From a virus (taxonomy: Duplodnaviria > Caudoviricetes), in IMG/VR virus record IMGVR_UViG_3300028591_000073, positions 96,001-160,000 of that record: a DNA stretch of 64,000 nucleotides. The stretch is one strand, 5' to 3'. The position numbers and the translations under genes were made by a program. Shown here one piece after another: positions 59,996 to 64,000 of the stretch (position 1 is its first letter; every line of letters starts with the position of its first letter). Below the pieces are notes generated by a model. That model had not been told where the DNA came from. It made no database searches and saw only the letters and a program-made list of their open reading frames with translations.

Positions 59996-61168
59996 ATGGG
60001 AAAAGAAGAATACTATAACAGGGGAAAATATGCCGACATGCTCACAGGTAATCTTGATAAAATCTGTGAAATTGCCAGTAAGACAACAAATGGAACGACA
60101 TTACCATACGCATTAATGGGATACACTCCCGAACAGTGTGCAATGGCAGAAGAATTCGCAGACCATATCAGAAAAGCAAAGAAAGAACAAGATGAGGCCG
60201 AATTCCGAGCTCGCATGGAAGCTGCTTCTGCAAGATTTCGTAAATCAAAATATCGCAATCAATTTTTCAAACGTAATTCAAGAAATTCTCCAAATCATAT
60301 TGAAATTGATAAGCAAACGATTGAAATGCTTGGCAACTTGTGGAACACCAATCTCAATCCAGACATTATAAGAAGTGACGAGTTCGAAGGACTTGATGTT
60401 CCAACCGATATTGTACTCGGTGGAACAATTGCGCTAGAGGATGTTGAAATAGAATTTCCGATATATCTGGATTGTGCCACAGGTGATGCATACGGATATG
60501 TCATGAATGATAACCGAGCTAAAGTCGCAAAAGCAAGATTTATCATGCGCCCTGATTATATGAAACATATCATGGAATCAGAGGAGCAACAAGTTGCATT
60601 TTGTGATGTTCATTTATCAATAACTGGCATTAATAGTAATGGAAAGAATTATGACTTCACTATGGGTACTGAAATCTTGATTCGCAAAAATGAACCAGAT
60701 TGCATATTTTACAATGATGAATTCGCAATCAAAGGTAATTTTCCAGGAAAAATAATGGCATTCATGGCTGAGAGAATCTTGGTGTATTATACTGCCGTGT
60801 GGTATTCTATCATGCTTGCATATTTACATCCGTTAACCATCACATCAATTGTTGATGTTGGTAAAAAGATGATGGAAGAATATGCACATGAACCAACAAA
60901 ATACAAAGCGCCATTAAAGAATATCCGTTATCTGAAACTGGATGGGAAAACGCTGGAGAAGGCGTTATACCATTCTAAGCCGGGTAAAGGAAAGAAATAT
61001 GAACGTCACTGTCAGCTGTGGCATGTTCGTGGATATATGAAAAAGAACGGAACATGGGTTGCTCCACAGTGGAGAGGTCCTCTTGCGAAGATGAAAAAGC
61101 TCAGTGATGACATCGAAGCAAGACAGCGTAAAATTGTTGGCGTGTCAATAGACAAAAATCATAAGTGA
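59996..61168 (+). CDS. Hypothetical protein with C-terminal WxVRG..G.W..PxWRG motif
   Basis: 390 aa; basic C-terminal motif of a kind seen in phage proteins. Confidence 0.7.
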   Translation: MGKEEYYNRGKYADMLTGNLDKICEIASKTTNGTTLPYALMGYTPEQCAMAEEFADHIRKAKKEQDEAEFRARMEAASARFRKSKYRNQFFKRNSRNSPNHIEIDKQTIEMLGNLWNTNLNPDIIRSDEFEGLDVPTDIVLGGTIALEDVEIEFPIYLDCATGDAYGYVMNDNRAKVAKARFIMRPDYMKHIMESEEQQVAFCDVHLSITGINSNGKNYDFTMGTEILIRKNEPDCIFYNDEFAIKGNFPGKIMAFMAERILVYYTAVWYSIMLAYLHPLTITSIVDVGKKMMEEYAHEPTKYKAPLKNIRYLKLDGKTLEKALYHSKPGKGKKYERHCQLWHVRGYMKKNGTWVAPQWRGPLAKMKKLSDDIEARQRKIVGVSIDKNHK

Positions 61169-61272
61169 GAATTGCCCGCCATATGGCGGGCATCTCTATA
61201 TAAATTCTTCTCACAGGAGGTGGTTCATATGATTGTATCAATAAAATTTATGTGAAAGGGGGTGAACATCAT

Positions 61273-61446
61273 ATGAACACAAATTGTCAAATCAACTGGA
61301 GTGGGAAACTCGAAACCGAAAATGAGAAAACAACCACATCCAATGATTATCCATATGTTATCGAGAGAATTAATTTATCATTCCTCAATAAACTATTGTC
61401 GACCAATTTCAAACCATTGGTTTGGATTGGAATTCCGAATCAGTAA
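61273..61446 (+). CDS. 57-aa small protein, paralog of 6756..6935
   Basis: RBS AAAGGGGGTGA; sequence similarity to 6756..6935. Confidence 0.75.
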   Translation: MNTNCQINWSGKLETENEKTTTSNDYPYVIERINLSFLNKLLSTNFKPLVWIGIPNQ

Positions 61447-61490
61447 ATGATGATCCCCCGTGTATACACGGGGGATTTTTCTTGTATTGT

Positions 61491-62825
61491 TTATGCAGAC
61501 AGAGAATTCAATTCATCCATAATAGAGAATGGTTTAATCTTACCAGCCACATCCAATGCAGGAGAAACCAGTGTATCCAATTCTTCCATCGCTGCCTGCA
61601 GGAAAGTTTTGTATGTTGCTGGATTGGATTCGAAGTCTTCATAGATTTTTTTCCATGTAAACTTCTCAGAGATTTCATTACCCTGTTTATCCAGTACTTT
61701 GAAACCTGCTTTATTACCCTTTAATCTACCTCTATCATTCAGGAATAATACCAGTGTTCTCAAATTGTCACAACCATTCTTGGTCTTGTCCACAACAATG
61801 CGGAATCCCAATCCTGTCTTCTTATTACCACTTTGATTGGTAGATAATTTGATAGGTTCATAGAGTACAGTATTGCCAACAAAGCCATCTTGCTGTTCGG
61901 TATATCTGGACTCATCCTTGATTTCACCAGTAAATCCCATGACAGAAGAAGCATTGTATTCAACACTCTTACCACCACTGATTTTGATATTGTGGTCACC
62001 ATATTGGAATTGTTTCTTCGGTGTTGCAAATGCATTCATGGATACATTAGCATTTTCATGAGCGATGGTGATGAAGATAATGTTTGCTTCCTTTAACATA
62101 GGAAGAATGTCAGAGATGACACCTTTTAATGTTTTTGCATTCTGCATACCATCTGTATTTCCTCTCATTTCTTTTTGTTTATCCCATTCTTTGGAATTCT
62201 GAATATCATATTCTTTAGAGATGACATCAGACAAAGAATCGAGGAACATGACAGTCGGAGGCATAAGCCAAATGGGTTGGTTGTGTTCATCCACGCAACC
62301 TGTATCTTTTAATAACAGATTCTTGAATTTCATCTTGGATTCATAGATAGCAGTGACATAATTCTGGAGTGTGTCATAACCAATCGCTCCAGCACGTAAT
62401 GCATATCTAGGATGGTCTCCATCAAACCAAGAGTCTGGCAATTGTGTTAAGTTCTTCAGTCGTTGTACGACTAATCTATTTTCTGCATCCAGATGTATCA
62501 CATTACCATTATTGGCATATGCAATATTTGCACACATCTGCATGCCTAAGGTGGTTTTAAATGACTGCGTCGCTCCAGTAATTACATTGAATGAACCAGC
62601 TTGAATACCAAGACATGTTCGTTTCATAATCAATCTACCAGAGTCATCTTTTACATTGACTTCATATCCAAGTGAATAATCAATTACAGAAATTCCAGTT
62701 GGGTATGAGAAGTCAATTAGATTATTCTTTGTGAATACCTCTGCGGCATCACCCATGGAAAGAATTTCCATATAATCCTTATCAGTCATCTCCGCTTCAA
62801 GAACGGCTTGTTTCTTTGTTGCCAT
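61491..62825 (-). CDS. UvsX/RecA-like recombinase
   Basis: PTGISVIDYSLG, Walker A GATQSFKTT, HLDAEN, MFLDSL, ISGGKS. Confidence 0.85.
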   Translation of the reverse strand: MATKKQAVLEAEMTDKDYMEILSMGDAAEVFTKNNLIDFSYPTGISVIDYSLGYEVNVKDDSGRLIMKRTCLGIQAGSFNVITGATQSFKTTLGMQMCANIAYANNGNVIHLDAENRLVVQRLKNLTQLPDSWFDGDHPRYALRAGAIGYDTLQNYVTAIYESKMKFKNLLLKDTGCVDEHNQPIWLMPPTVMFLDSLSDVISKEYDIQNSKEWDKQKEMRGNTDGMQNAKTLKGVISDILPMLKEANIIFITIAHENANVSMNAFATPKKQFQYGDHNIKISGGKSVEYNASSVMGFTGEIKDESRYTEQQDGFVGNTVLYEPIKLSTNQSGNKKTGLGFRIVVDKTKNGCDNLRTLVLFLNDRGRLKGNKAGFKVLDKQGNEISEKFTWKKIYEDFESNPATYKTFLQAAMEELDTLVSPALDVAGKIKPFSIMDELNSLSA

Positions 62826-62847
62826 AATGCATCTAACTCCTTTAATA

Positions 62848-63171
62848 TCAAATTTGTGTAAATGGTGTATCTATCTGGTTCAAATCGATACCCAATTTAT
62901 CCTGTATGTGTTTCATGATATCAACAGAGTGTAATGATTTACCAAATGCAAATCCTGGCTCCAGATGAATTAACGAAATGAAGCTATCATATATTTTACG
63001 GAGTTCATCATCCGAGTACTTATTATCTTCTTCTAATGACATGGAATACAGCAACAGACACACCGTCTGTTGCATCACTTCCACACTCACTTCTTTCACA
63101 ACTTGTTCCCGTAAGTCATTATAATGGTTTAATAACAACTGTTTTTGTGTTGCTTTACTCATTGCTCTCAT
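62848..63171 (-). CDS. Hypothetical protein
   Basis: RBS AGGAG; in operon with uvsX. Confidence 0.7.
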   Translation of the reverse strand: MRAMSKATQKQLLLNHYNDLREQVVKEVSVEVMQQTVCLLLYSMSLEEDNKYSDDELRKIYDSFISLIHLEPGFAFGKSLHSVDIMKHIQDKLGIDLNQIDTPFTQI

Positions 63172-63200
63172 TCGTCATCAACTCCTAAATTGATATAGAA

Positions 63201-63485
63201 TTAATCTTGACAACATTCTTCGATGATATACTTGTCCATATCTTCTGCATGGATTGTTTCAATAAACATGGAATGTGTTGATTCATTCAGTCTTACAAGT
63301 TTACGCTTGTAATCATCATTCTTTCTCAATGTCATGAATACCAATCTAAATTTGGTACAGTTTTTAAGAATACCAAATATCTTTTCATCACTACCAACAT
63401 GACGAACACAGTATCCGTTTCCAATGGTGAATGCTTCTGGATTGAATACATTCATCTCTTCCTTATTAATGAACTTAGCATCCAT
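63201..63485 (-). CDS. Hypothetical protein, paralog of 63504..63806
   Basis: VFNPEAFTIGNGY..GIL versus MFNEDAFKLGHAY..GIL. Confidence 0.7.
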   Translation of the reverse strand: MDAKFINKEEMNVFNPEAFTIGNGYCVRHVGSDEKIFGILKNCTKFRLVFMTLRKNDDYKRKLVRLNESTHSMFIETIHAEDMDKYIIEECCQD

Positions 63486-63503
63486 TTGTAATCACCCCAA
63501 TTC

Positions 63504-63806
63504 TTATGCTAAAATATCATTATTCCAACTTGGTGTCAACAATACAAAGTCCCATTTGTCAATATCATGATACTTGATATTGAGTTCTCTGATATCACAC
63601 TGCTTGTGGTTATCAAGGTCGATGGTATCTGTACAAGCGACTTTGAAGTACAACTCTTCCTGTCCTTTAGAACATAAGATACCATTATACTGATGCATCT
63701 CATCTCCGTTTTTAAACCATAAATGATATGCATGTCCAAGTTTGAATGCGTCTTCGTTGAACATGGTAACCTGTTTTGTGAACCAATTCTTATCTTCCTC
63801 CATCAT
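63504..63806 (-). CDS. Hypothetical protein, paralog of 63201..63485
   Basis: RBS GGAGG before MMEEDKN. Confidence 0.7.
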   Translation of the reverse strand: MMEEDKNWFTKQVTMFNEDAFKLGHAYHLWFKNGDEMHQYNGILCSKGQEELYFKVACTDTIDLDNHKQCDIRELNIKYHDIDKWDFVLLTPSWNNDILA

Positions 63807-63810
63807 AATA

Positions 63811-63999
63811 TTACCTCCAATGATACATTTGAATGTTACCATCCATTGGATACTTAGCATACTCATCTAAGAAAGATAATTCTAATGAAAGTCTTTCTGC
63901 ATCTTGAATTCCAAATACAACCAAGATGGAATCTGTACCAATCTCTCTACAAAACCAATGGTTGCTAACCTTATCATTTGCAAATGGCACGAATGCATT
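63811..63999 (-). CDS. Partial CDS (3' end) running off the window
   Basis: Open frame ..NAFVPFANDK..QMYHWR*. Confidence 0.5.
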   Translation of the reverse strand, partial: NAFVPFANDKVSNHWFCREIGTDSILVVFGIQDAERLSLELSFLDEYAKYPMDGNIQMYHWR

Positions 64000-64000
64000 C

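Noticed and set aside
1-64000. Stop-codon reassignment (TAG is rare as a stop)
   Set aside because: Long genes (2426 and 1435 aa) are intact under code 11 and coding density is high, so no readthrough is needed
1-64000. tRNA or rRNA genes
   Set aside because: No cloverleaf with T-loop/D-loop consensus and no rRNA-like sequence was recognised by eye

Overview
A 64-kb segment of an AT-rich jumbo phage of the phiKZ/AR9(PBS1)-like group. The host is probably a gut or rumen Firmicute, judged from strong GAAAGGAG/GAAAGTGAGG ribosome-binding sites and a Clostridiales-type M15+GH25+CW_7 endolysin. Hallmark genes are a large virion-type RNA polymerase beta subunit (40502-44809), a separate beta' N-terminal subunit with NADFDGD (55798-57186), an adjacent AR9-gp226-like sigma-like factor (54134-55777), a split family-B DNA polymerase, an SSB-like protein and a UvsX/RecA protein. 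Positions 1-10.5 kb are a plus-strand cluster of mostly unknown, probably early genes. Positions 10.6-50 kb are a minus-strand lysis/tail/head module repeatedly interrupted by small plus-strand cassettes. These cassettes share a near-identical promoter-like motif (TATATATAATTAATATGATA), several share terminator loops, and they carry paralogous cargo. The most unusual features are: (i) a catalytically intact, TnpA-less TnpB with omegaRNA-like hairpins, behind a phage early-type promoter and wedged between a late promoter/RBS and a 2426-aa virion gene; (ii) the cassette system; (iii) a family of about 16 GC-rich intergenic palindromes with a conserved CATATG-type centre; (iv) a probable head-packaged protein kinase; (v) an AR9-like late promoter motif; (vi) a phage-encoded ABC exporter. 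All assignments are by eye from motifs; no searches were run.
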